Source: Takakia lepidozioides (Eukaryota > Plantae > Bryophyta). Taken from it: DNA of 64,000 nucleotides. Below the pieces are notes generated by a model. The model saw only the letters and a program-made list of their open reading frames with translations, had not been told where the DNA came from and made no database searches. The position numbers and the translations under genes were made by a program. Below, piece after piece: positions 1 through 11,494 of this stretch; the stretch's first letter is position 1, and each line of letters opens with the position of its first letter. The stretch spans positions 11,036,001-11,100,000 of the forward strand of contig CM060734.1 of assembly GCA_030704615.1 (NCBI GenBank), given 5' to 3'.

Positions 1-1256
1 ATCCGGGGGGATGGACTTCGGTGGCAGATCTCAAACTATAACTTCTTGATGAGAAAGATGTATGGGTTCATCCACCTCCGTCGGTGGGTACGTGGGACCC
101 AGATGCTCCATTATTGGAGGCCGGACTGCTCTTCCGCTTCGCATCATTTCCAAAATCTAAGGGCTTCGTAGCTGTCCGCAAGGTCATTGTCATCTGCATC
201 CAAGTCGTCCTCAGGTCCTCCTTTGCAAGGATGCCGTGCTTCCGGAACCGGGACGACTGCCCATTTGGAGGCATCGATTATGCAATGTATTCGGCCACAT
301 CGGGAGACATTGTTATCTGGTACACAGATTACAGAGAAGATACTGGTTCGATTGTGGAAACATTGGTGGCTTTTGAGTATATCGTAGGCCACTACGCCTT
401 CGAGCGGGGTGACGATCTTGGTCTGAGGAGTCCGTGGCTCCTGCGCATCCTCGATTCCGATTTTCCCAGCTACGACGGTCACCCATGCAGAAGAAGGCGC
501 ACTGCTATGCTGTTGCGGTGGAACTGCTGCCACTGGACGTGGGTGGACTCCATCGGAGAGACCTATTCTCCTCAAGGAGTGCGCTCCTCTTCTCCATTGT
601 ATGGGGACATTCGCATTGGTGTGGACGACGAAAACGTGAAGATTTCCATATTCGATGGTGGTATGATTGAAGGGCAGGACATTGTGGTGAACATCACTAG
701 GGGCGGTACAACGGCTACAATCGACTTTACATGGAGGAGCCCCATGACTCATGAGCTAGTTCTGAGAGCAGTCGAAGTCCCATTGACAACGTGACTTGTA
801 TTCAGTAGGCACAGGGCTAAAGATTTGATGGCACAATCAGCACAGTAGACGTGCTTCAAATGCAATTCATGTGGATCAATAAAAACCTCATTGTGCCCTC
901 TTTTTATTCTATTCTGTGTCCATCGTTCCCAGAATGCGTCATTGCTCATTTCGTTTGGGATTGGGAGTGTGGGTGGATTTTGCAAGTGGCTGGTAGGCTG
1001 AAATGGGCCCCCATTGTACAGAGCAGTACCACCCTACCATTCGCGAAACATTGCCTTTCAATATATAATTCTAAATAACATTGCGAACCTCCTTCATCGG
1101 GAGGTCCTTCTCCCCCTATGACCGTGGCACCCTAAACCCTATTCCCGCGGACACTCATTTCCGGAAAATAGTGCTGCTCATGTTTTTTTCCACACTTACG
1201 ACTCTGCTCATGGCTCATGCCGCTCATGGCTCATGGCTCATGAAATAGCAGCCCCC
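1..1256 (-). mobile_element. Left end of Mutator-like element family 1 (MULE-1), inverted, inserted into another MULE-1 copy
   Basis: Near-identical reverse complement of 19383-20657. Ends in GCTCATG repeats plus CATGAAATAGCAGCCCC(C), then joins directly to internal transposase sequence that is uninterrupted at ~37670 on the - strand. Confidence 0.85.
231..794 (+). CDS. MULE-1 cargo gene A, ~187 aa, unknown function (MPCFRNRDDCPF...WNCCHWTW...VEVPLTT)
   Basis: Intact ORF. ATG 231 chosen because the paralog at 20958 starts at the same CAAGGATGCCGTGC context. Protein-level conservation with that paralog supports coding. Confidence 0.65.
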   Translation: MPCFRNRDDCPFGGIDYAMYSATSGDIVIWYTDYREDTGSIVETLVAFEYIVGHYAFERGDDLGLRSPWLLRILDSDFPSYDGHPCRRRRTAMLLRWNCCHWTWVDSIGETYSPQGVRSSSPLYGDIRIGVDDENVKISIFDGGMIEGQDIVVNITRGGTTATIDFTWRSPMTHELVLRAVEVPLTT

Positions 1257-2646
1257 AGGTTGAGGCCGACGCCCTTACCGCCGCAGGATTTGGATGGTGC
1301 AGCGCACTGACGTCCCCAGACAACCATTTCCGCTTCCACAGCCTCCACCACCGACCCCTGTGAGAGCAAGAACAATGGGACATGACAGCTCTAAGCATCC
1401 TACACACCGTTGGGGGAAACCGAAGAGGCGGCGACCTCCCTCAAAAGTGAACGAGACAAGGATGGGGAATGCACTTCGGATGAACTGTACAATCCAGAGC
1501 TCGACAGAAGTGCCCCCACCAGGATTCGGGCGTGTGTATCAGATGGCCACGGCGGGCTCAGCTGTTTGCAATGAGGTGTACACCATCACCATTTCAGAAT
1601 TACCCACCTGCAATTGCACCGACTTCCAGATCATGGCAAACAAGGGGGCATCATACTGCCCTTGCAAGCATTTGTACTACGTGTACCTAAAGAGACTCCG
1701 TTGTAATTCCACAACTCATCACTTCATACATGCACCAGGGTTGAGCCCCCAGGAGGTTCACACTCTTCTGAATATGGATCCAGGGGACCAGTGAGCTTGG
1801 CTTGCGGTCCCCATACAATGGTACACCCATCCTTTTCGGATAGTAGAACTGTACTGCTGCCAGTACCTCAGACTCTGGCCACAGAAAGGTCCGACATATG
1901 TCTTGCCTACCAGTAACCTGTTTTGCTCGAACTAAGATATTACTATATCGTTCACTTGTTTCCACGTGCATGTATTTTTGTATGTTGGAGGGTTCATGTT
2001 TTTCTGCTTTCCGAAAACTTGCTTTCCTCATTCGACCTCCGACAAGGAAATGCGGCGCCGCATTTCCAAGTATCGTCGTAGGTACTGGTAGAGGCGGCCT
2101 TCGCCAACACCAAACCGCTCCAAAATTTCGCACGTGCGAACCCTAATGCGGCACCTTATTTCCCAGTTCAGTTGCAAACGTTTCCCGCCGAATACCCGAA
2201 GAAGACAGAATTGTGAAGTACTGCAGACTGTATTGGTGCAGACTCCATTGGTTCAATCGCGGCAAAAAGGTCAACTTCATTCCAATGTTAAGGCATGTAA
2301 AACCGCGGAATACTCTATACAGGCCAGTATGCGACGTCCTTTTGCAGTGGTATACTGGATTTCCCGTTGCACGGTCACTTATTTCCATGAGCGGATCTAT
2401 AAAACCATGAGCGGACTTGTTACTGACGACATATCTTCGCCGCATTACATGATCTGGAACGTCCAAAAACGGCAAGGTCAAATAAAAAAACTATTATTTT
2501 AATACTTGTTTAATCTGCCGCATTTCCAAATTTGGAGGAGTCCGCTCATGAAATCCGCGTATCTTAGACTTCGGCTCACCGCTCATGCGGCTCATGCGGC
2601 TCATGGCTCATGGCTCATGGTTTCTGCTCATGAAATAGTAAACCTC
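1257..2646 (+). mobile_element. Right portion and right terminus of a MULE-1 copy
   Basis: Homologous to 36317-37670 (reverse). Ends in GCTCATG repeats plus CATGAAATAGTAAACCTC, followed by GCGGTTCT (target duplication shared with 19375-19382). Confidence 0.85.
1294..1794 (+). pseudogene. C-terminal SWIM zinc-finger part of the MULE-1 transposase
   Basis: CNCTDF-x10-CPCKH fits the SWIM CxC...CxH pattern; near-identical to 37134-37568. Confidence 0.8.
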
Positions 2647-5150
2647 GCGGTTCTTACCATTTGGGCTTAAAAACGCTCCCGCTGAGTTTCAAAGAGTCAT
2701 GGACAGGATTCTAGCAGGGGTGGAGTTTGCTCGGTGCTACATAGATGACATCATCATCTTTAGTGCTACGGTGGAGGAGCATGAGAGACACCTTCAGGGG
2801 GTATTTGAGCGCTTGAGGACGCACGGATTGAAGTTACATCCGGGCAAGTGCAAGTTTTTCCACAACCAAATTGAGTATCTGGGTCACATGATATATCCTG
2901 GAGGATTGGGGGTACAACAGACTAAGGTAGAGTCCATTGCACAGGTTCCACGCCCCACGGATGTGAGCCGAGTTCGAGCTTTCATGGGGTTAGCAAACTA
3001 TTACAGACGGTTTGTTAAGGGATTTAGTGCCATTGCAAAGGCTCTAACCAAGCTGACCAAGGTGGACCAGGAGTGGCAGTGGGAAGATGAGCAAGAACAA
3101 GCTTTTCAAGAGCTCAAGGCGAGGTTGACCTCGGCGCCCATCTTGAGACGACCTATCAGGGGCGTCCTTTTCAGCTACATACAGATTGGAGCATGCTGGG
3201 GCTTGGAGCGGTGCTCACACAGGTGGATGATGAGGGAAGAGAGTTCGTAGTGGCTTATGCTAGCCGCTCGAACAATGCTGCAGAGTCTAAGTATAGCTCA
3301 TATGAGGGAGAATGCTTAGCTGCAGTGTGGGCCGTGGCACACTTCAGGTGCTATCTATACGGCAATCTCTTCACCCTTGTCACAGATCACCAACCACTCA
3401 AGTGGTTGATGGAGTCAGACAAGCTTACGGGGAAGCTTGCACGGTGGGCACTCATCCTTCAAGAGTATGACTTTCAGGTGGTGCATCGACCGGGTTTGGT
3501 CAATCGCAATGCAGATGGGTTGAGTCGCAATCCATGCACGAGCCAGCAGGATGACACTGGAGCTCGGTGGCATGGTGAGACGGATGAGGAGATGGTGCCC
3601 GGATGGCATGCATCTGCATTTCTGTGTATCTTGGCAGCGGAAGGCCAGGTTGGACCTGCAACAGGGATGACTGTAGATCAAGTGTCTGAGGACCCGGAGG
3701 CCAGCAATGAGCAAGGTGGCGCCAAAGATATACATGAGGATTCAGTTGTGTTGGACTACCTCCGCACTGGAGACACGGCAGCCACTGTGACTGCCAAGGA
3801 GAGGGATCGGATCCTACAACGAGCCAAGAGGTTCAAGTGGGAGGGGACACACCTGCTCCGAGTGTGGGAGGATGGTCGAGTGAGGATTGTGCCTCACCCA
3901 ACACAGCGGGCACGGTTAGTGCGGCATGCCCACGAGGAGTTGGGGCATTTTCCTACTGCAGGGGCAGTATTGGTGGCGTGGTATGCACACAGAGGTGCAA
4001 AAATTTGTGGCTAGGTGCATGGTGTGTGACAGGGTGCGTGCTTCATTCAACGCCCCTACTCCACAATTGCACCCTCTTCCGATCATGGGATTGGGCTACA
4101 GGTGGAGTCTTGACTTCGCAGGGCCGTTGCCACTGACCATGCGCCACAACAAGTACGTGTTGGTGATGGTGGAGCACTTCTCCAAGTGGATTGAATTGGT
4201 TCCATTGCCTGATAAGGCTAGTGAGGGAGCTGCGTATGCATTCTTGGATTGTGTGCTTAGCCGATTCGGTGCTCCAGCTGAGGTACTCACGGACCAAGGG
4301 AGAGAGTTCTTGGGGGAGTTTCAGGCTTTGTGTGACAAGGCCTTGATAGACCACCGCACCACCTCTCGGGATCATCCTGAGGCCGATGGCTTGGCAGAGA
4401 GAGTTGTTCAGACAGTAAAGAGGGGTTTGCGCAAGTATGGCTTGCAGAAGGGACACCTAGGAGATTGGGACCTTCAGTTACCCTGGTTAGCCATGGGCTA
4501 CAGGTTCAGCAAGCAAGCATCACTTGCCTTCTTCTCACCATACTTTCTTCTCTTTGGCCGAGAGCCGGATTTGCCTACATCCATTCGCAGAGAAGCTGCT
4601 ACAGTTCTTAACCTTGACGATCCGGACGTGTGGGCACGTGCATGTGAGCAGCGTGCAGAGTTGTTCAAGAGAGTCATGCCCATGGCTTTCGAGAACCTTC
4701 CATTGCACAACACCGTGATACGTTGAGGTATGCTACCATACGTGGTGGGGGCTATCGTCCTGGGGTTTGGAGATTCAACCCTGGTGACTATGTCTATCTG
4801 CAGCAGACTGCTCCTACGACCCTGGATGTGACTGCAGGACGTGTTATTTTGAGGGTTCGAGAGGTCTTGCCCTCAGGCGTCTTGGTCTTGGAGGGTCGGG
4901 ATGGCATAACTTGGAAGGACCATGTGCGTAATTGTGCGCCATGTCACCTTCCGAATGTCGATGGCAGGATTGACCCAAACCTGGCAGTGGTATTGCAGGT
5001 TTGAGGTGCATGTTGTGTGGGTCTGCTAAAGGGGCAGCCACCATGCTGGTGTGTGATCGATGCTCTAGAGGTTGGCATATGGGGTGCTTGACTCCACCTC
5101 TTGAGATGGTTCCAGATGGGGATTGGTTATGTCCACAATGCATTGGATAG
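2647..5150 (+). pseudogene. pol: Gypsy family A pol, 3' half: RT (YIDD), RNase H, integrase, C-terminal PHD finger
   Basis: LPFGLKNAP, RCYIDDII, VAYASR..YSSYEGECLAAVWA, TDHQPL, HEELGH..CMVC, DFAGP, TDQG, DGLAER; frameshifts at ~3165, ~3950, ~4700 and ~4995. Confidence 0.93.
5007..5141 (+). other. PHD finger (C4HC3) at the integrase C-terminus
   Basis: Manual translation CMLCGSAKGAATMLVCDRCSRGWHMGCLTPPLEMVPDGDWLCPQC, stop at 5148-5150; not reported in the ORF track. Confidence 0.92.
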
Positions 5151-5409
5151 TGGGAGTGGATACAACCATGGGAGGCTAACAAGCAACGCAAGGCCCAGCT
5201 ACAGGAGACCTTGAATACACGAAGTCCTGGCTCAAGTTCACAGATTGCAAGACGGCGACTAACGATGGGGCTACTCTTGTACCCGGCCTCTTGGTCTATA
5301 GAGTTTGAGTACGATAGGGACAGTGATAGAGGACTTAGTACGGCTATGGCTATTACGTCTTGTAGCTATCTGGAGGTAGAGGGACCTATCCACCAGCTAG
5401 GGGGGCGAT

Positions 5410-5810
5410 TGTGGTAGACTACTTTATTGTGCATATATGTGTGGTGTGGTTTGGACAGCGATGTAGTTGTGTAGCGATATGTATGCGCACGACAGCTGTC
5501 AAGTTAAATAAGCACAGTGTGAAAACAGCTAGCATAAAACCAGTTATTTGTATTTAACACTTGGATTTAGGTCAAGTGTTAAATCAGGTGTCAAGTTTAG
5601 TTTGACACCTGGTCCGTCTTATCTTCACGAGAGCGGCAGTCGCGCAGCTCATCTCTCTCGAGTTGAGCCTGCGCGACCGAGCTCCTGTGTGCGTTTAGAT
5701 CTGAGTGTACTCATGATGGGAGTGTAGGTTGTTGTGGGGTGGAGTCCCCATAGCTTGGGGTGCCCCTGGCTCGACTACTGTTTTAAAGAGTGATGGTTTT
5801 GGATTTCACA
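5410..5810 (+). repeat. Probable 3' LTR of Gypsy family A (~400 bp)
   Basis: Follows the purine tract AGGGGGG (5399-5405); begins TGTG and ends CACA; its first 90 bp recur at 5859-5948. Confidence 0.65.
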
Positions 5811-5858
5811 TTGTTTCTTGTGTGGAGAGCAGTGTCATTTGTTAGCTTTCTTTTCTAT

Positions 5859-5948
5859 TGTGGTAGACTACTTTATTGTGCATATATGTGTGGTGTGGTT
5901 TGGACAGCGATGTAGTTGTGTAGCGATATGTATGCGCACGACAGCTGT
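5859..5948 (+). repeat. Truncated second copy of the family A LTR start
   Basis: Identical to 5410-5499; joins family C RT at ACAGCTGT. Confidence 0.8.
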
Positions 5949-7508
5949 TTTGCTTATATCTCGGTCGTCCATCTTAATCTGCCAAAAACCAGATTGTAAA
6001 TCCAGAGCAGAGAACCACTTGGCTTTCCCCAACTAGTTCAAAACATCCTGACTTAATGGCATAGGGTAAGAGTCCCTCCTAGTCAAGCGGTTCACCGGCC
6101 TGAAATCACCACAAAAACGCTTGGATCCATCCTTTTTTGGTGGAAGGGTAACTGGACATGACCACTCTGAACTACTTTCCCGCATCTTACCTTGTGAGAT
6201 TAAAGTCTCAATTTGTCTTTGTACCTCGTTTTCCTCCCACTCTGATAGGCGGCTGGGACGACTTCTGCAAGGGGGAAAACCTTGTGTATCAATTGTATGT
6301 TCCACCTCACTGCAATAACCCAAGTCAGCTTTGCTAAGAGCAAAACATTCCTGATTTTCTCTCAGCTCTTGCTCCAGTTCTATCCTATGTTCTGGGGCTA
6401 GCTCTGGATTGATGTGAAGTCTGGATTTCAGACTTCTCCAACGACTCTCCATTTCTTCTTCATGGCTGGGTTCCCAACTCTTTTCGTCTTCTATTTCCAC
6501 GTTGTTGTTCCCTAGTTCACCATTCCAAGCTTTCTGGTAAGCTTCCTGTATGATAGAGGCAGCCATGCTACGATGGGTCTCTTCCTGAAGGAGTTCAGAC
6601 ATCCCTTGGTCTTCAAACAAATCCTCCCCTAGGTTGACATTATCTATTATCTCCTCAACATTCTTCAAGGCTCTATCTACCTTTTCGCTCTCCTCAGATC
6701 CTCCCATCTCTTCATCTTTATCAGATTCAGAGCTGTCAGAGTCTGGAGATCCTTCCTCCGTGTCCACAAACTCTTCCTCGGGCTTTCTTTCTTCTTCCCA
6801 CAAACCTAGGTACTGTTCATCTGATGTCAGGGTCAAGACATTTCCTGCTGACGTAGTGCTTGCATACCTTACTCTGCCCTCATCCCCTCTGTGGTAGGCT
6901 GTTCTGGTGACTGCAGGCTCATTATAATTTATGGTGTGCAAAGGGAAGTGAGCAAAATCCTTTCCTGGCCCATAGCGTACACGAATCGTTTCAGCTTCGG
7001 TGTCAACTACCGCGCCAAACTTTTTGAGAAAGTCCAAGCCCAGAAGCATGTGATACGTATCCGTGTTTACCACCATAAAGGACAAGCGATTGGTTAGCTC
7101 TCCTACTTTGACCTTGATGTCCTCAAGTCTGCCCATTGCAGTCTCAAGAGCACCTGAGGCTACTCTGTAATTTACATCCTTATCAGTAACAACAGATCCC
7201 ATCAGACCAAGATCCCTGACTGTACTCGCGGATATCACAGAAAGCATGGCACCGGTGTCAATTTGGCCTAATACTTGGTAATCTCGCATTGTAATCACTA
7301 CATGAAGCACTTTAACCTTACCAGTATAAGCATACGAGATCGTGGGCTCAGCGTGTGCTGAGTACAAAGGCCTTGGAACATCCCTCACAATTTCTACACT
7401 GTGAGTTGTCTCCTTTTGTTGTACCATTGCCCTTTCCACCACTTTGACCAGCCCCTTTAATTTGTCTAACTCTCCGGGCACAGTCATGATTAGGTCCATG
7501 GGAGACAA
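5941..7508 (-). pseudogene. pol: Gypsy family C protease and RT N-terminus (truncated)
   Basis: QIDTGAMLS (aspartic protease), LLGLDFL, KKDGSKRFCGDFRPVN; after an in-frame stop, LGKAKWFSALDLQSGFWQI...SKTA. Confidence 0.88.
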
Positions 7509-7561
7509 GGATATTCTCCCCTTGTAGAAGTGGTTCGGGATTCAGGATTTAGTACCTCCTT

Positions 7562-8689
7562 CTATGCAGCTTTGAAATTGTTCTTTGGGTAGATCTCACT
7601 CTTGGTCTTGCTTGGCTGTTCACTGCTCTCACCATTCCTCTCTGGTGACTCTGTAGGCTCAACAATAGGACTCTGGACAGGGATGCGCATCCTTGGAAGT
7701 CTGACTTCATTGATACTGTTTTGTGACATCAGATTTGTCATTTCTGCGAGTACATCATCCTCATCATCATAGAACACATCTACAAAGTTAGTTCCAGGAG
7801 TTCCCATCATAGTCTGGTTGAGTTTTCTACTGCACTCACTCTCTGTATGCCCTAGTACCTTGCAAAAGTTGCATCTCACACCACACATTTCCGTGGAATG
7901 CCCAAACCGGTGACATTTGTCACACTTAGCTTGGGTTCTTCCTTCAGGACAATATGTAGCTATGTGACCTTCTTTATGACAAACGTTACAAAGGCGAACA
8001 TGAGGAGGTGTTCTAGATCCCGAGCTTTCTCCTATGACTGGTCCCCTATCAAAGTACTTTTGTAGGGTAGTGTTTAGCTGATCAAGTCTTCTGTCCACAG
8101 GGTTGACAAACACAACTGACTCATTTGTATCATCTCCTTCCAATGGCTCTAGAGGTATTTTCCCCAACTTTCCCAGGCCCCTCTCAATCTCAATGGCTGT
8201 CTCAAGTCCTTCCTCTAAATCAGAGAAGCGCCTGCCCAGCATTACTCTTGCTATTTCAGGTCTCAAACCTGCTGCAAATCTACGCCTCTGTTCCAAATCA
8301 GACGCCCCACTTCTTATAAACAACCGGTTCAACCTATCAAAGTATGTCTGAACCCTTTGTCTATTTTCCTGTTTGATGGTATCCATCCTCAGCCTGATTT
8401 CTGCCAAGTCAATGACACCAAACTTGGCTGATATGGCTGCCCTGAAATCTTCCCAGTTGTCTGGTCTAGGGTTTTGTTTACGGTACCATTCATCAGCCTT
8501 GGCTCTCAGGTTGAGCCTTGCTACCTTGAAGGTTTTATCCTCATTTAAATCTCTGACATCTGCCTCCATCTGAATCCTTTCCAGCCAGTCATTCACATCT
8601 TCACTATTCCTACCATGATAAGGCACATCTATGCTAGTTGGACTGGTCATTCTTCTACTCTCTAGTCTGAGTTCAAACTGGTTTAACAC
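7562..8689 (-). CDS. gag: Gypsy family C Gag with three CCHC zinc knuckles
   Basis: Retrotransposon gag-like core (DWLERI, AKADEWY, F..GLRPEI) plus CNVCHKEGHIATYC, CDKCHRFGHSTEMC and CNFCKVLGHTESEC. Confidence 0.88.
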   Translation of the reverse strand: MLNQFELRLESRRMTSPTSIDVPYHGRNSEDVNDWLERIQMEADVRDLNEDKTFKVARLNLRAKADEWYRKQNPRPDNWEDFRAAISAKFGVIDLAEIRLRMDTIKQENRQRVQTYFDRLNRLFIRSGASDLEQRRRFAAGLRPEIARVMLGRRFSDLEEGLETAIEIERGLGKLGKIPLEPLEGDDTNESVVFVNPVDRRLDQLNTTLQKYFDRGPVIGESSGSRTPPHVRLCNVCHKEGHIATYCPEGRTQAKCDKCHRFGHSTEMCGVRCNFCKVLGHTESECSRKLNQTMMGTPGTNFVDVFYDDEDDVLAEMTNLMSQNSINEVRLPRMRIPVQSPIVEPTESPERNGESSEQPSKTKSEIYPKNNFKAA

Positions 8690-9089
8690 CTAATTCTGAT
8701 TCTAATTTCCCTGAAACACCCTTAATGCTGACCTCTATACCACTCCCACTGTCCATTTTGCAACATCTCTACTCTACCTCCCCATGTCACTTCTCGTGAC
8801 ATGGTATTTATCTTCTCCCACCTTCCTAACTCTCTTATCCAAAGTACTATGGTTGTTCTTCCACCAGCATGTATCACTCTAAGACATAAATCACCATCAG
8901 CTATTCTCCAAGCAGGGTTGAAGAAGTACAAACAAGGGTCTGCGTAGGCATTTGGTGAGCGTCGGCTGAAGCAAATCAGCAAATCTCCAATGCTTGGTTC
9001 ATCAGGAATCAGTGTATGGTCTCTGCCTGCCATCAAACCATCCAACACAAATCAAGATCCCTAGCTAGTAGATATCATGATTTAACGAA

Positions 9090-9101
9090 GCTCTGATACC
9101 A
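9090..9101 (-). promoter_or_regulatory. Primer-binding site for tRNA-iMet (family C)
   Basis: TGGTATCAGAGC on the - strand, between LTR and gag. Confidence 0.9.
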
Positions 9102-9797
9102 AAAGAAGGGGCGTGAATCCCCTTCTGGGTGATTCTAATCTGTACTCCTCCCCAGTTGAAGTCAAAGCAAAAGGAAGGAACGTTCTAGTGATCCAACCAT
9201 CTTCACATGGCTGTGGGTTTCCCTTAGTTCGTTCGTGATCAGAGTTCATGCAATCCTCATCCACGCCACAGCGGAAGAGAAGACATGGATGGGGAGTTTT
9301 CGAATTGTTCTTGCTCTTGGTTCTACTTTTATACAACAGCCTTGCCCTATGATCACAGCGCCAACAGTGCTGCCATGATCTTTTCTGTGATGCAACCACC
9401 CTATGACAGCGCTAAACACGACCCTTAATGTGAAGCTCCCTTGAGCAGTGACACGTCGGAAGCCCCCTTTGTAATGGTGACACAGATTTAGAGGGAGGCA
9501 GCTCAGATCTGCCATGAACTGCAGGGCCACTGGTCTCTTTCAGGGTTCATGTTTTCTTCATCTCATCTCCCCAAATTGGCCATCCCCCATCAACCCCTTT
9601 TACTGAGCAGCTCTCTCCCTTCCCAAATCCTTTTCTCTCTCTCTCTAATCTTGGTCTACAGGTTCCTCACTTCTTCAACAACAGCATATCTACCATGCAA
9701 TGCGATGCACAACTCAGCCAGGCATCCAGTGCACCCAGCCTTGAAATCATCCTCGGTCACACAAGGCATAACCATCCCATTCATCAGTCTCTCTCTA

Positions 9798-9849
<52 letters not shown>

Positions 9850-11349
9850 GCCAATGACCAACCCTTCACACTACCTTTTTCCAAAAGAAGCCATTGCCCA
9901 AACAACTCTCAGCCTTTCTACAGGTTTCAACCAAATACCCCAACAACCCTCTTTTCCCTTCAACTGTGAACCTCAGTTGTTCATACCCTGAGACCATGCT
10001 GGAAATTAGTTCCAAAACCAAATCAGTGTCGGTGTTGCTTCCCCATCCACATTATCCTTTCTCTGTTTTCAACAGTTCTAACTAACCCTCACTGGTGTTT
10101 TCAATCAGCCAAGCTAGGTCTACATTGGTTCCAGTGTATCAATACCCACGGCAGCATTGTGTGCAGGTTCATAACACTAAAACAAAGAACAAGAATGAAG
10201 ACAAACAGTGACCATTCTGATTCAGTGACAAGCAGTCTCTCCCCCCACTCATTTCTCCTACTGACACTATAACATCAGGTGCATCCATCATTTCCCTATC
10301 CTGGTTTGAAGTCCAGAGTCTCCATTCCATTTCCAAAACCTTTTTCCTCCATCACATATCTCTACCTCCTTCTCCTCTACCAAGAGCCAGTCCTAAATCC
10401 ACACCAAAACGATTTCTAAGTCACCACTCCCCAAAAACCGAAGCCCACAGTCTACGAACTTATCTGTTTTATCCTCCAGCGAAGCGGTGGATCTGCCTGC
10501 CAAGATGGCACCTCACCATCGCCTGTCAGCAGCCACTTCAACCTATTCTCCTTGTCTTGATTCCAGTATTTATCATGCCATGATGGCTCCTCTTCATCCT
10601 ATGGAACATCCTGTGGCTTGCCAACTAAATACTCTATCCTTCTATGCGTGCAATTCTTCCCTAAGAATTGACATGTTCCTATAGTAAGAAGACACAAAAG
10701 CAGCTATAAGCTTTGATTACAGATAACCTGAGTTGCCATCCAGCCAGCACTTCACATGCCTCATCCCCTCCATTGATTGTGCCCACAACTCACTTCCTTG
10801 TGCTTCCGGCAGCTGGCCATTTTCCTTGCTTGCTCATCTGCCCATAACTGTTTTCTTCAAGGCAAAGGCGACAGCGGTGGTGCGCCGCTCTTCTTACATG
10901 CTCCTACTCCAGGAATTGATCATCACTACGAGAAAAGCGGCACCGCTTCCCTTTACACAGAATACCAAGCAGAAGCACTTAATGCCGCTCTCGAAACCAA
11001 GCAGAGTCCCATAGCGTAGGTACAACCTCCCAAAAACAGACGGCCTTGCCAACCCCACTGCTCGCAGCAGCTGCTAAGAGTTGCCCGTCATCTTCCTCTT
11101 CGTTTTCCTCAACCCGCGTTTCTAGGTTAAACACCTGGGATGAAAACGTTCATCCTACGGATGAAAATACGCATGGTCATGACTTAGCCATTTTTATCCT
11201 GGCAAAGCATAAGCACAGTATGCCCATGAATTACCTGTATGCAGGGATATATCCCTCCTGCAGTTGTACAACGGGCACTCCCGTTGTAGTGATGCAGGGT
11301 CTTAACGGTAAAACAAAATGTAATGTCACTCCCCTGCATTCACACTACA
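9102..11349 (-). repeat. 5' LTR of Gypsy family C (~2.2 kb)
   Basis: Starts TGTAGTGTGAATGCAGGGG on the - strand, abuts the PBS, and is homologous to 42596-44738. Confidence 0.8.
9788..9847. repeat. (CT)n microsatellite inside LTR-C
   Basis: Direct reading; a shorter (GA)n lies at the equivalent site ~44027-44046. Confidence 0.95.
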
Positions 11350-11494
11350 GTTCCTTCTCATCTCTCCAAGCCTCATCATCTTCAGGCATATCACTGCCAT
11401 CTTCATTATCATCATCTTCCTCAACTACTGGAGGTAATAGTTTGGCTTTGCTTCTTGTTACTATCATTGTACTTACTTCTGGTACAACACATGG
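11350..11494 (-). pseudogene. gag: Inverted fragment of family B gag (target of the family C insertion)
   Basis: Reverse-complement match to 13360-13510. Confidence 0.75.
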
